Assembly (NCBI GenBank): GCA_965202985.1
Contig: CBDBCF010000001.1
Location: forward strand, 576,001 to 640,000
Length of the DNA: 64,000 bases
Reading direction: 5' to 3'
DNA from: Longimicrobiales bacterium
GTDB taxonomy: Bacteria; Gemmatimonadota; Gemmatimonadetes; Longimicrobiales; Gaopeijiaceae
Numbering within the stretch: the stretch's first letter is position 1; each line of letters starts with the position of its first letter. The notes below the pieces were generated by a model, which did not search any database, was not told where the DNA came from, and was given only the letters and a program-made list of their open reading frames with translations. Positions 1 to 8,687 of the stretch are shown here, piece after piece. The translations under genes and the position numbers were made by a program.

Positions 1-1
1 G

Positions 2-256
2 GGGCCGACCCAGATCGGGGAACGGTGCTCGATTCCGAAGGAACTCCTCAAGATCGCCCTCTGGCGCACCGTGGAGGCCCTTCCCGAACTCCAGCGGACG
101 GTTGTTCTGCTGCGGGTTCGCGAGGGCATGACGATCGCCGAGATCGCCGAACGCATCGACCGGTCCCCCGGCACGGTCAAGGCCAGCCTCCACCGTGCGC
201 GCGCGACGCTGCGCGCTGAACTGGGGGAAGACTTCCAGCTTTCGGCTGGGACGTAA
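2..256 (+). CDS. ECF-type RNA polymerase sigma factor, C-terminal region 4.2 (5' truncated by window edge)
   Basis: Frame is open from position 2. ALWRTVEALPELQRTVVLLRVREGMTIAEIAERIDRSPGTVKASLHRARATLRAEL fits the sigma70 region 4.2 pattern (LPxxxRxxxxL...EG.s..EIA......GTVK..L.RAR..LR). Confidence 0.9.
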   Translation, partial: GPTQIGERCSIPKELLKIALWRTVEALPELQRTVVLLRVREGMTIAEIAERIDRSPGTVKASLHRARATLRAELGEDFQLSAGT

Positions 257-313
257 ACCAAAACTCCCCTTCGTCCCATCTACTGGGTAACCGTGGCGGG
301 AGACGATGGCTCC
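252..313 (+). promoter_or_regulatory. Conserved motif copy 1, putative ECF sigma promoter (GTAAAC-N18-CATCTA) plus conserved leader
   Basis: CGTAAACCAAAACTCCCCTTCGTCCCATCTA, with near-identical copies at 2739 and 11616. It overlaps the sigma-factor stop codon (254-256). Confidence 0.65.
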
Positions 314-353
314 CTCCTCGGCAGTTTACCCTCCCTAATCCAAGGAGTCACTT

Positions 354-575
354 ATGGAATCCATCAAGAAGCTGGGCGTTGTGCTGGCGCTGGCCGTGCT
401 GAGCCTCCTGGCCGCACCGACCATGCCCGCCGAGCCCCTCGGCAGCGCGGTCGAGACGGAGCTAGCGGCCGCCAACGACGTGTGGCGGGCTTACTACGTC
501 CAGCCCGGGGTCTTTCTCTGCATCCTTGCCGTCTGCTACGACGGTTGGTGCTGCGAGATAATACCGCCTGCCTAA
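354..575 (+). CDS. Small secreted Cys-rich peptide (signal peptide + AVETEL motif + C-x4-C-x4-CC core)
   Basis: AAGGAG RBS at 342-347; KK plus hydrophobic N-terminus; C-terminal FLCILAVCYDGWCCEII; degenerate paralog at 2837-3053. Confidence 0.8.
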   Translation: MESIKKLGVVLALAVLSLLAAPTMPAEPLGSAVETELAAANDVWRAYYVQPGVFLCILAVCYDGWCCEIIPPA

Positions 576-622
576 GGTCTCAACGACCTGGGATGGCGAA
601 GCCGTAGCGTCGCCCCGGCCGA

Positions 623-659
623 GGCCGGGCTCCGGACAAGATCGAGCCGGGGCCCGGCC
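623..659 (+). promoter_or_regulatory. GC-rich hairpin between the peptide gene and the propeller gene
   Basis: GGCCGGGCTCCGG (623-635) pairs with CCGGGGCCCGGCC (647-659). A homologous hairpin lies at 13266-13308. Confidence 0.5.
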
Positions 660-691
660 AAGTCGACTCACTAGACGGTGGAGCGTAAGTT

Positions 692-1735
692 ATGTTGACG
701 AACCGGAGTCTCCAGGACCCGTTGCTGTCGATGTTGGTGCTCGTCGTTGCTTCATCCGCATGCGTAGACGACGCCCGCCACCCCCGGCCAGCGTCGTTTC
801 CATTCTCGCCCGACGCCGCCGTCGCCGAATTCTCGGACATGTTCGAGGTCGTGGACTCGCTGGTCTTGGAGGAAAACGACAGCACGTTGGTGGGCCTGCC
901 GATCGTTAGCTTCGACGGTGCCCACTTCGTGACGGCGGACATGTACTCGCATCAAGTACGTGTCTATACGAAGAGAGGGGAACTCGTCTCGTCGACAGGA
1001 AGTCGAGGAGAGGGCCCCGGGCAGTTTCGTAGTCCGGTATCGGCCCGGCGAACACGGGAAGGCGGTATTCTCGTGACCGACCCCGGGACGTGGCGATCAA
1101 CGCATTACAGATCCGATGCTTTGCGAAATCCCGAGGTCACTCCGCTTCCGGCGTCGATCGTGACGTTTGATCAGATTGATCTGGGCGACGAGCGTACCCT
1201 GTTGCTCGGGCCGAACCTCACCACATCACTTGACAGCGTCGGGCGCACTCTCCACATTTGGAATGCCAATTCCGCAGAGATTGACGTCAGCTTTTTCTCC
1301 AACCCGTTTCCACAGCACTTGGCAGAGGCCGCGGCATTTTATGCCACCGTAGAGGCAGAGGTCGCCGAGGACACGATATGGGCAGCGGCGGCACTTTCGG
1401 ACAGTGTGTATGCATTTGACCTGGACGGCGCTCAGATCAAGGCGATTCCGTTGCCGTTGAGCGAACAGGCTAGCTCGATGGAGCTTCTCTGGGTCATCAA
1501 CGCCATGTACCTCCTTCACGACGGCGACATCGCAATATGGCTAAGTTGGACAACGGCGCCCCAGACGCAGGAGGTGACGCACTACCTTGCGATCGTGGAC
1601 CGCCACGGCGAACCGACGGCCTTGCTTCGCGATACGCCCAAACTGTACGTCGTGGCAGACGACCTGTTCTACTTCCAGAATCCGAACCACCTCGAGCCCA
1701 CGCAGTGGATCGCGGCACGTCGGAGGAATTCATAA
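692..1735 (+). CDS. 6-bladed beta-propeller lipoprotein (paralog A1)
   Basis: Lipobox-like VASSAC; GSRGEGPGQF motif typical of DUF5128/NHL-like propellers; strong similarity to the ORFs at 3217 and 13370. Confidence 0.85.
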   Translation: MLTNRSLQDPLLSMLVLVVASSACVDDARHPRPASFPFSPDAAVAEFSDMFEVVDSLVLEENDSTLVGLPIVSFDGAHFVTADMYSHQVRVYTKRGELVSSTGSRGEGPGQFRSPVSARRTREGGILVTDPGTWRSTHYRSDALRNPEVTPLPASIVTFDQIDLGDERTLLLGPNLTTSLDSVGRTLHIWNANSAEIDVSFFSNPFPQHLAEAAAFYATVEAEVAEDTIWAAAALSDSVYAFDLDGAQIKAIPLPLSEQASSMELLWVINAMYLLHDGDIAIWLSWTTAPQTQEVTHYLAIVDRHGEPTALLRDTPKLYVVADDLFYFQNPNHLEPTQWIAARRRNS

Positions 1736-2272
1736 GTGACGACGGCCACTCGGCGATTTGCCAGGTTGGTCGCCCACGGGGTCGGGGCGATTTCCGTGGC
1801 GGTGGCATCCATGGCTGGGTGTAGGGCCGACTCGGAAAGAACGTTGCCGCTGACCGTCGGCGATTCTGCACCCTCTATCGGACTTTCTGATTCCATCCCG
1901 GGGCTGATCTGGGTGTTCCGCAAAGAGTCCTGCCTGGGATGCGGCTTGGGGTCTGCGGCATCGGAGATGGCGCTGGTCAGCCGCCGACTCAGTGGTCGCG
2001 TGGAAATTCTTGCGGTGGCCGTAGGCGCCGAGACGAACGCGGACCGCAGGTTGGTGGAGGCATTCCTGCAACGCCGCCGGGTCCGCACGACCGTCGTACC
2101 GATCAGCGCCCGGAGCCACGCCAGCATCTTTGGGAATGCGCCGATTCCGTCCCTGTACCTGACTCATGAGGGGCGGGTCCAGATGGTGCTGGACTTGGGC
2201 CACGAAGAGGCGCTGGATAGCCAGTTCGTCCGCTTGGACAGCGTCCTGGATATCCTGCTTCCACGGCCCTAG
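1736..2272 (+). CDS. Thioredoxin-fold (TlpA/redoxin-like) lipoprotein with CxxC
   Basis: Lipobox SMAGC; VGDSAP; beta strand followed by CLGC; VEILAVAV strand; IPSLYL cis-Pro-loop-like motif. Starts immediately after the propeller stop codon. Confidence 0.7.
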   Translation: MTTATRRFARLVAHGVGAISVAVASMAGCRADSERTLPLTVGDSAPSIGLSDSIPGLIWVFRKESCLGCGLGSAASEMALVSRRLSGRVEILAVAVGAETNADRRLVEAFLQRRRVRTTVVPISARSHASIFGNAPIPSLYLTHEGRVQMVLDLGHEEALDSQFVRLDSVLDILLPRP

Positions 2273-2508
2273 CCCGGACTAGGAACGTGTAGTCCATAGC
2301 CGATCGGTGGGGGACGCCGAGATGAACACCGGGCGATTTTGGGCGTCGGAGGGCGTACAACGGCAGTGAGAGGCTGGATCCGAGCGAAAAATAGGGCGCG
2401 TAGGCCGTGCGGATCGCCCGCTTCTCCCCAATTTGCCCACCACTACACCTTCCAGACAAAGGGCGCGGGCTTATGCCCTACGGGCTCCTAGCCCGGATCT
2501 CTCACAAG

Positions 2509-2545
<37 letters not shown>

Positions 2546-2738
2546 TTCCGGGACGACCGGGACCCAAGCCGCGTCTAGCCGACTTGGGCGTTCTCGAGCC
2601 GGTTCAGCGTTGGCCTTGACCGCCAGGACGGCGCATCCCTTGCGCAGGGCGGGAGCGTCGTCAACACCTGCGACGCACAGCCGGGACTCGCGGGCGGCAC
2701 GGCACAGGCACGGTTGGCTCGGGCCCCGAACTGGCTCC

Positions 2739-2798
2739 CGTAAACCAAATCGACCTTCGTCCCATCTATTGGGCAACCGTGGCGGGGACGATGGCTCC
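2739..2798 (+). promoter_or_regulatory. Conserved motif copy 2, putative ECF promoter (GTAAAC-N17-CATCTA) plus leader
   Basis: CGTAAACCAAATCGACCTTCGTCCCATCTATTGGGCAACCGTGGCGGGGACGATGGCTCC aligns with 252-313. Confidence 0.65.
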
Positions 2799-2836
2799 GG
2801 TCTCGGTTCCAACCTTCCTCAACACAAGGAGGACAC

Positions 2837-3053
2837 AAGAACACCATCAAGAAGCTAGCAGTCGGGCTGGTCCTGGCCGTAGCGTGCCTCCTGGCCGCTC
2901 CCGCCGTGCCCGTCGAGCCCATCAGCGACGCGGTGGAGACGGAGCTGGAGGCCAGCAGCCGGCGGTACCAGGCCCAACAGTTCTCGGACGTCATTAGTCT
3001 GCCACCCCAAGCCGTGCTCGGGTGGACTGTGTTGCGAGATCTCGCCCTTCTAG
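2837..3053 (+). pseudogene. Degenerate paralog of the 354-575 Cys-rich peptide (AAG in place of the start codon; frameshift near 2996)
   Basis: AAGGAGG RBS at 2826. Reads (K)NTIKKLAVGLVLAVACLLAAPAVPVEPISDAVETELEASSRRYQAQQFSDVI, then in the +1 frame VCHPKPCSGGLCCEISPF*. Confidence 0.8.
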
Positions 3054-3216
3054 GCTAGGATAAGAGTCCTTAGCAACGGGCGAAACACGCAGCACGCCAG
3101 AACCACTTTGGGGGGCTCGTCCTTCGACGCGCTTTTGCCAGGCAACGAGGGGCGGGCCTCCCAAGAGCTCGCTCATGCAAGTAAATCTCTCACAAACCAA
3201 CACTAGGACACATTCC

Positions 3217-4254
3217 ATGTGCCGTCGCGCCTCTGGTTTCGCTTCCGTCTTCGTCTTGGCGATTATCCACGCCGCATGCGGCGGGACCGCTCCATCCGAG
3301 CTTCCCGCTTCGTATCCGTTTGCTCCCGACGCCGGACCGCTCTCGGCGTTCTCAGACGTCTTCGAGGTCGTGGATTCCCTAGAGCTCGAGGAAAACGACA
3401 GCGTGGTCGTTGCTACGCCCGTGATCAGCTTCGACGGAGACCGCTTCCTCATGGCTGACGTGTACTCCTTCCAGGTCCGTGAGTACGCTGTAGACGGCTC
3501 GCTCCTGTTCGCCGCGGGACGGAGGGGCAGTGGACCGGGCGAGTACCTTGCCCCGATGCGTGCCAGCCGTGCCCTGGACGGTGGGATTCTGGTTATCGAC
3601 GGGCCCGCCATGCGATCCACCTACTACCCTCCCAGCGCTCCGCGCGACCCTAGGACCGAGGAGCTGCCGTTCTTTGCCTACAAGCAGATCGAACTGAGCA
3701 TGGACCGGCGGCTTGTGGCCGGAAGCGCGCTATCGCACACGCCGGGGCAGCCGACGCCCATGTTGCACATATGGAACGTTCGCACCGGGGATTTGGAACG
3801 AAGCTTCCTGACCGACCCCTTTCCAAAGCATCTCGAGTCCATAGCCATGTCGAAAGCAGCCGTGGACGTGATGGTGCGCAGGGACACGATCTGGGCTGTT
3901 TCCGCGTTGTCGGACAGTGTCCATGCCTTCGGGATGGACGGCTCCAGGATTGGCACTATTCCTTTACCGCTTGTTCACCTCTCGGATCAGGAGCGGCCCA
4001 ATTTGATCTGGGACATCACGCAACTGCATCTCCTCGGAGAGGACGAAATCTTGGTCGAGCTGGGCTATGGCGATCGAACAACGGGAGACTTCAAGAAGTA
4101 CGTCGCAATTGTAGATCGCAAGGGCAACCCGAGAGCCATGCTTTCCGACACCCCAACGCTACGTGTGGTAGCGGACGACCTGTTTTACTTCCAGAACCCG
4201 GGCCACTTGGAGCCGAATCGATGGGTCGTGGCTCGACGAAAGGACCAGTCGTGA
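3217..4254 (+). CDS. 6-bladed beta-propeller lipoprotein (paralog A2)
   Basis: Lipobox IHAAC; GRRGSGPGEY; shares DTIWAxSALSDSV and DTPxLxVVADDLFYFQNP with A1/A3. The start could instead be 3175. Confidence 0.85.
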   Translation: MCRRASGFASVFVLAIIHAACGGTAPSELPASYPFAPDAGPLSAFSDVFEVVDSLELEENDSVVVATPVISFDGDRFLMADVYSFQVREYAVDGSLLFAAGRRGSGPGEYLAPMRASRALDGGILVIDGPAMRSTYYPPSAPRDPRTEELPFFAYKQIELSMDRRLVAGSALSHTPGQPTPMLHIWNVRTGDLERSFLTDPFPKHLESIAMSKAAVDVMVRRDTIWAVSALSDSVHAFGMDGSRIGTIPLPLVHLSDQERPNLIWDITQLHLLGEDEILVELGYGDRTTGDFKKYVAIVDRKGNPRAMLSDTPTLRVVADDLFYFQNPGHLEPNRWVVARRKDQS

Positions 4255-5380
4255 CGACCCTGCTCCTGGTCGTCCCGTTGGCTTCCGTCGTCGCGGGCGG
4301 CGAGCCGGTCCGGGCACAGCAGTCCGTCGGACCCGCTTTGATCTTGGAAGACAGCGTGGTTCTCCAGGAGACACGGGACGCGTACGTCGGTCAGCCGGTT
4401 GAGATGTTTCTGGGCAACGACGGCTCGCTGTTCGTCGTCGACGGGTTCTCGAACAGCGTGGTGCGCTTCGACCAATCGGGGCGGCTGGTCGGTACCTACG
4501 GACGGCAGGGCCAAGGCCCGGGCGAGTTTTCCTACATCGGCTTCGGCGGGTTCGCCCAAGAGATCCTGGGAGTCGTCGACGGTCGGCCTCCGCGGCAGGA
4601 AATCGAGTTCTTCGACGTGGAGTCCGGCCGCCACTTGGGGAGGGCCGCGACGTCCGACATGGTGACGGCCGTGACAGCCCACGGGGGGAAGCTCTGGGTG
4701 GGAGGCGTGAATACCGACGAATGGAAGGGCTTGGGGGTCAAGCCCCTCCGTGCCCTGCCGGGCGGCGAGATTCGCTGGACCGCGTCCCGATTCCCAAGCC
4801 GTACTCGGAGAGCCAACTGCTTCTGTGGATTGGCGGAAGCGCTCGGTTGCATGCCGGCAACGCGGACCTCCTTGTCGGATACATGGCAAGTCCGTTTCTA
4901 ATGCGCGTCGACCCCAAAGGAGACGTGCTCGACACGATACCGCTCATAGCCGGTAAGCGCCGCGGCGTGCCCGCCGAAGACAAGCTGCTCGACATGGCGA
5001 ACAGCCATCAGGCCGGCAAAACGACCTACGAAGAGATATTCAGCGCTTGGTCGTCGCTGATGAACCTGTCCAGAAACGACGGCTTCGTCTTCACCGTTCA
5101 CCAGGACAGCGAGCTGCACGGCCAGCAGGTTGCCGGCAAGCTCTACGTGAGCAGCCTGCGCGAAGACGGCACGAAACAGTGTCCCGACACGCCGGTGCCC
5201 ACCTCGGACGTGGGGCGGCCCGTCGCGGCGTTTCGGGGTGCCAACCTCTTCGTCCTGGACCAGCGGATCGACGCCGGCGAGCCAGATCGCGCTCAGACCG
5301 TCGTGCGAAGGTTCACGGTCGATCCCACCGAGTGCACGGGCGAAGTCAGGGGCGGCGAGCGGGCTCGACGAGCAGGTTGA
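4251..5380 (+). pseudogene. Secreted 6-bladed beta-propeller, second type, split by a -1 frameshift near 4770
   Basis: GTGA overlap with the upstream stop; signal peptide ...PVRA-QQ; GRQGQGPGEF. Coding-like sequence continues in ORF 4721-5380. The frameshift may be a sequencing error. Confidence 0.7.
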
Positions 5381-5403
5381 CGACCAGCCGCACCATCCGG
5401 TCC
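5345..5403. repeat. 59-bp direct repeat, copy 1 (duplicate of the fic gene 3' end)
   Basis: 58/59 identical to 6759-6817. Confidence 0.9.
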
Positions 5404-5757
5404 ACCTCCGGCGGCAACGCGCGTTGGCGTCGCAGGGAACTTGACCGACCGCTCATTGTCTGCCAACATCCCGAGGTTCAACCATGCGTGCACTCTCGAC
5501 TACGGATTCACAATGGGAGCCTCGAACACTCGCGCTCATGACGTCGCGACTCGCACCTCCGTCACCGGAGGCATGGCGGCCGACGGGGTCCTTGCGGCGC
5601 CGGTCGTTGGTGGAATGCGCGACGAGAGCCGAATGTGCGTCTGGGCGGCGAGCGAGGTAAAGGCGGGGCGTCGTCGGCAGTCGACTGAACATGAGCAGTC
5701 GGAATCTGGTCGAAGAGCGGCACGACAAAGGGCCTGCGCACACGTAGGCGGGAGCCC

Positions 5758-6690
5758 ATGACTTCGCTCTATGACGACAGCTTGGCTCGGCCGTACTACA
5801 CGAAGGTGGCGCACGAGAAGGTGGACAGGGCGAACTTCGAGGATAAAGATGAGGTCATATTCTCTTTACTGGGGATAGGACTGGCCGCTATCGTGGGTGC
5901 GGCAACGCTTAAGGGACTGAATCCTGTTGTGTCCTTGGTTATCTTGTCTCCGTTTGCTTTGCTTACGGGGCTGGCGATCCGTCGCAGAGTGCGTAATCGT
6001 CTCAGCACCGAGCGGGATCGACGCATTGACCGCATTGTCCGCGATGGCGTCGCGGCGTATCAGGCCGGAGACGAGGACGCCGTGTCTGCGGTGCACGATT
6101 TTACCCTTCGGTTGTTGCGCAGGCGGGTGGAAGAGCAACGGAAGCAGACCCTGGGACCCTCGTCGGAGTGGGAGCTTGCGCGTGCACCGCTAGCGACGGC
6201 GCTGGACGACGTGGAGGTCGAGGTCGCCTACTGGGACGAGCGGATTCGGGAAGAGCCGAACAGCGAGCTGGCTTCGCTTCAGCTCCAGACGGCCCGCAAG
6301 CTGGAGGCCAAGCTGCGTTCGGCGCTGGGCAAGGTAGACGGCCGGGCTGAGGTGCTGCGCCAGTTCTACCACCGTTGCGAGGCCAAGCTCGCCGTCATGG
6401 ACCGCAGCAACACCGACCTGACGAAGGTCAAGCGACTGGAGGAGCTGTCGGTAAGGGCCGATTCGGCTATTGCGCACGCCCAGGGAACCGTCGAAGCACT
6501 GGCCCAGCACTTCCTGACGGAGGCGCAAAACATCGCCAGCGCGCTGGGAAGTGCGGACCATTCTCAGTTGAGTATGCTGGCCGGGGCCGCGCCCGTCGAC
6601 AACATCGAGTTCCTGGCCGACAAGATCCACGAGAGGTCGGAACGCAATCGGAGTACTATCCGGCAACTGGAGAAGGCGCTGGACGAATAG
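5758..6690 (+). CDS. Hypothetical membrane-anchored coiled-coil protein
   Basis: 310-aa ORF with GGGAG RBS; two N-terminal hydrophobic segments followed by a long charged helical region. Confidence 0.75.
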   Translation: MTSLYDDSLARPYYTKVAHEKVDRANFEDKDEVIFSLLGIGLAAIVGAATLKGLNPVVSLVILSPFALLTGLAIRRRVRNRLSTERDRRIDRIVRDGVAAYQAGDEDAVSAVHDFTLRLLRRRVEEQRKQTLGPSSEWELARAPLATALDDVEVEVAYWDERIREEPNSELASLQLQTARKLEAKLRSALGKVDGRAEVLRQFYHRCEAKLAVMDRSNTDLTKVKRLEELSVRADSAIAHAQGTVEALAQHFLTEAQNIASALGSADHSQLSMLAGAAPVDNIEFLADKIHERSERNRSTIRQLEKALDE

Positions 6691-6758
6691 CGACGCGCGT
6701 CCGACGAACAGCGAAGCGTCCCCGCGGGTCCGAACGGCGGGCGAGGCGAAAGCGAAGC

Positions 6759-6817
6759 GTCAGGGGCGGCGGGCGGGCTCGACGAGCAGGTTGACGACCA
6801 GCCGCACCATCCGGTCC
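6759..6817. repeat. 59-bp direct repeat, copy 2
   Basis: 58/59 identical to 5345-5403; contains the stop codon and last codons of the Fic gene. Confidence 0.9.
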
Positions 6818-7299
6818 TTCTCGGCGGGCGCACTCTCGGCGACGAGCAGGGTGAGCGTCGTCAACGCTTGCGGCGTGATGTCGCGCCCGATGCCCTCCTG
6901 CTTCAAGTAGATCAGGAAGAGAAGCGAGGCGATGCGCTTGTTGCCGTCGCTGAAGGGATGGTCCTTTACCACGAAGTAGAGAAGGTGGGCCGCCTTCTCC
7001 TCTCGCGAACGATACAGCGGCTCGCCGAACATCGTCTGCTCGATGGCGCCCAGGATGCCGGCAAGCGCATCGTTCCGCGCCCTGCCGAAGAGCGGCGACG
7101 CCTCGCCCCTCGCGATCAGCTCCCGTTTGAGTTCGGCGACGGCGCGGTTGGCGGCGTCGGGCGTGAGGACCTTGCGCGACGGGCATGCGTCGCTGGGGAC
7201 TTCGAGTTCGCCCTCGTCGTACTTGGCGAGCAGACGCCACGTCTCGGCGTAGTCGGCGATGAGCCCCGCCGACGTGGAATCGGTCGCCCCTTCGCTCAC
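6760..7299 (-). CDS. Fic/Doc family protein
   Basis: HPFSDGNKRIA motif; LYRSREEKAAHLLYFVVKDH; GTG start overlaps the PIN gene stop. Confidence 0.9.
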   Translation of the reverse strand: MSEGATDSTSAGLIADYAETWRLLAKYDEGELEVPSDACPSRKVLTPDAANRAVAELKRELIARGEASPLFGRARNDALAGILGAIEQTMFGEPLYRSREEKAAHLLYFVVKDHPFSDGNKRIASLLFLIYLKQEGIGRDITPQALTTLTLLVAESAPAEKDRMVRLVVNLLVEPARRP

Positions 7300-7688
7300 T
7301 TGCCCACGACTTCCACGGTCACGCCGCGCAGCTTGAGGCCGGTCCAGCGGGGGTCGGCGGTCAGCGCGGGCAGGTCCAGCCGCCGAGCCGTGGCCAGACA
7401 GGCCCATGCGCCCATGGTCAAGCCCAGTCGCCGGGTCTTCCGCTCGTAGGCGCCCGCCAGCAGCGCGGTCTCGGCGTCCAGGGGCACGGTCTCGATGCCC
7501 AGCTCCGTCACCACGTCGGCCACTTCCCCCGCCGTCCAGCCGTCCCTCCGGAGAAAGCCGGCGACTTCGGCGACGTTCACCGTGGAGATCGACGCCCCCC
7601 GCTTGAGCGCCTCCTCGACCCGTCCGGCGCCCGGCTCGTCAAAGACGGCAGTCAAGAGGGCCGAAGCGTCCAACACGAAGCGGCCCAT
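7296..7688 (-). CDS. vapC: VapC-family PIN-domain toxin
   Basis: FVLDASALL...EPG...ISTVNVAEV...ACLATA...LTAD. Confidence 0.9.
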   Translation of the reverse strand: MGRFVLDASALLTAVFDEPGAGRVEEALKRGASISTVNVAEVAGFLRRDGWTAGEVADVVTELGIETVPLDAETALLAGAYERKTRRLGLTMGAWACLATARRLDLPALTADPRWTGLKLRGVTVEVVGK

Positions 7689-7690
7689 CG

Positions 7691-8029
7691 CTACTCCTTC
7701 TCGGCGTCGCCGCCACGACCGGCGATGAAGGCTTCCACGGCGTTCCCGGAGGGTCGTCCGGCGGTCGCCCGCTTGCGCATGGCGATGCCCCGCAGTCGGT
7801 CGAGGGCCGCGTCCACCGTTCGCAGCCGGATCGAGTCGCCCTGGAGGCTGGCCACCAACTCCGTCCGGCCCCGGATGCCCAGCGCCCGGCGAAACTTGGC
7901 GGGCACCACCAGCCGCCCGGCCTTGTCGACGACCACCTGCTCGGTGTCGGCCAAGCGGCCCGGCCGCTTTTCGCCATTCGGCGGCCGATCTGCCATTGAC
8001 ACGGGTTCCTGCCGTTCTTGGTCGTTCAT
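7691..8029 (-). CDS. AbrB/MazE/SpoVT-type antitoxin
   Basis: VVVDKAGRLVVPAKFRRALGI; lies directly upstream of the PIN gene; start uncertain. Confidence 0.85.
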   Translation of the reverse strand: MNDQERQEPVSMADRPPNGEKRPGRLADTEQVVVDKAGRLVVPAKFRRALGIRGRTELVASLQGDSIRLRTVDAALDRLRGIAMRKRATAGRPSGNAVEAFIAGRGGDAEKE

Positions 8030-8062
8030 GCCATGTCTCCGTATGTGTACCATGGTGAGGAA

Positions 8063-8092
8063 ATCATACCACATTCTTGCCAATATGCCCAA
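8063..8092 (-). promoter_or_regulatory. Possible sigma70 promoter of the TA operon
   Basis: Minus strand TTGGGC-N18-TATGAT with a TGn extension, in an AT-rich patch. Confidence 0.35.
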
Positions 8093-8171
8093 GGCGGTCA
8101 AGATTGCCATTCAAGATCGTCCTCCCGTTCCCCACGCAAGCACCACGACGCCCATCGTGAAGGAAGCAGAC

Positions 8172-8687
8172 ATGCGGTACCCCATCGGCCTGTTCTCCCC
8201 GCCCGATCCCGTGACTCCGGCGCACGTCGACGCCTGGATTGCCGAGATCGAGGTCCTGCCCACCGACCTTCGGCGTACCGTGGCTCCCCTGACGGACCAG
8301 CAGCTCGACACGCCGTATCGCCCGTCCGGGTGGACCGTTCGGCAGGTCGTCCACCACCTGGCGGACAGCCACATGAACAGCTGCGTCCGGTTCAAGTGGG
8401 CGCTCACCGAGGACCGGCCCACGATCAAGACCTACGACGAGCAGGGTTGGGCGGAGATGCCCGACTACCGGGGGCCGATCGCCGTCTCCCTCGACTTGCT
8501 GGACGCCCTCCACCGCCGCTGGGCGAGGTTGCTGCGGGGGCTGGACGGGTCCCAGCTGCGGCGCGAGTTCGTGCATCCCGACACCGGCCCCGCGGTTCTG
8601 GCGGAGACGGTCGGCGTCTATGCATGGCACGGGCGGCATCACCTTGCGCACATCGAACGGCTCATGGAGCGCGAGGGCTGGCGGTAG
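8172..8687 (+). CDS. YfiT/DinB-family metal-dependent thiol transferase/hydrolase
   Basis: MRYPIG...LDTPYRPSGWTVRQVVHHLADSHMN...YAWHGRHHLAHI. Confidence 0.9.
   Translation: MRYPIGLFSPPDPVTPAHVDAWIAEIEVLPTDLRRTVAPLTDQQLDTPYRPSGWTVRQVVHHLADSHMNSCVRFKWALTEDRPTIKTYDEQGWAEMPDYRGPIAVSLDLLDALHRRWARLLRGLDGSQLRREFVHPDTGPAVLAETVGVYAWHGRHHLAHIERLMEREGWR

Noticed and set aside
2268..2497. 11-bp direct repeat CCTAGCCCGGA flanking ~210 bp as an IS/MITE footprint
   Set aside because: No terminal inverted repeats, transposase or second copy seen; too short to support.
3771..4901. 376-aa ORF as a gene
   Set aside because: Its 5' part overlaps propeller A2 out of frame; the real gene starts at 4251 and is frameshifted.
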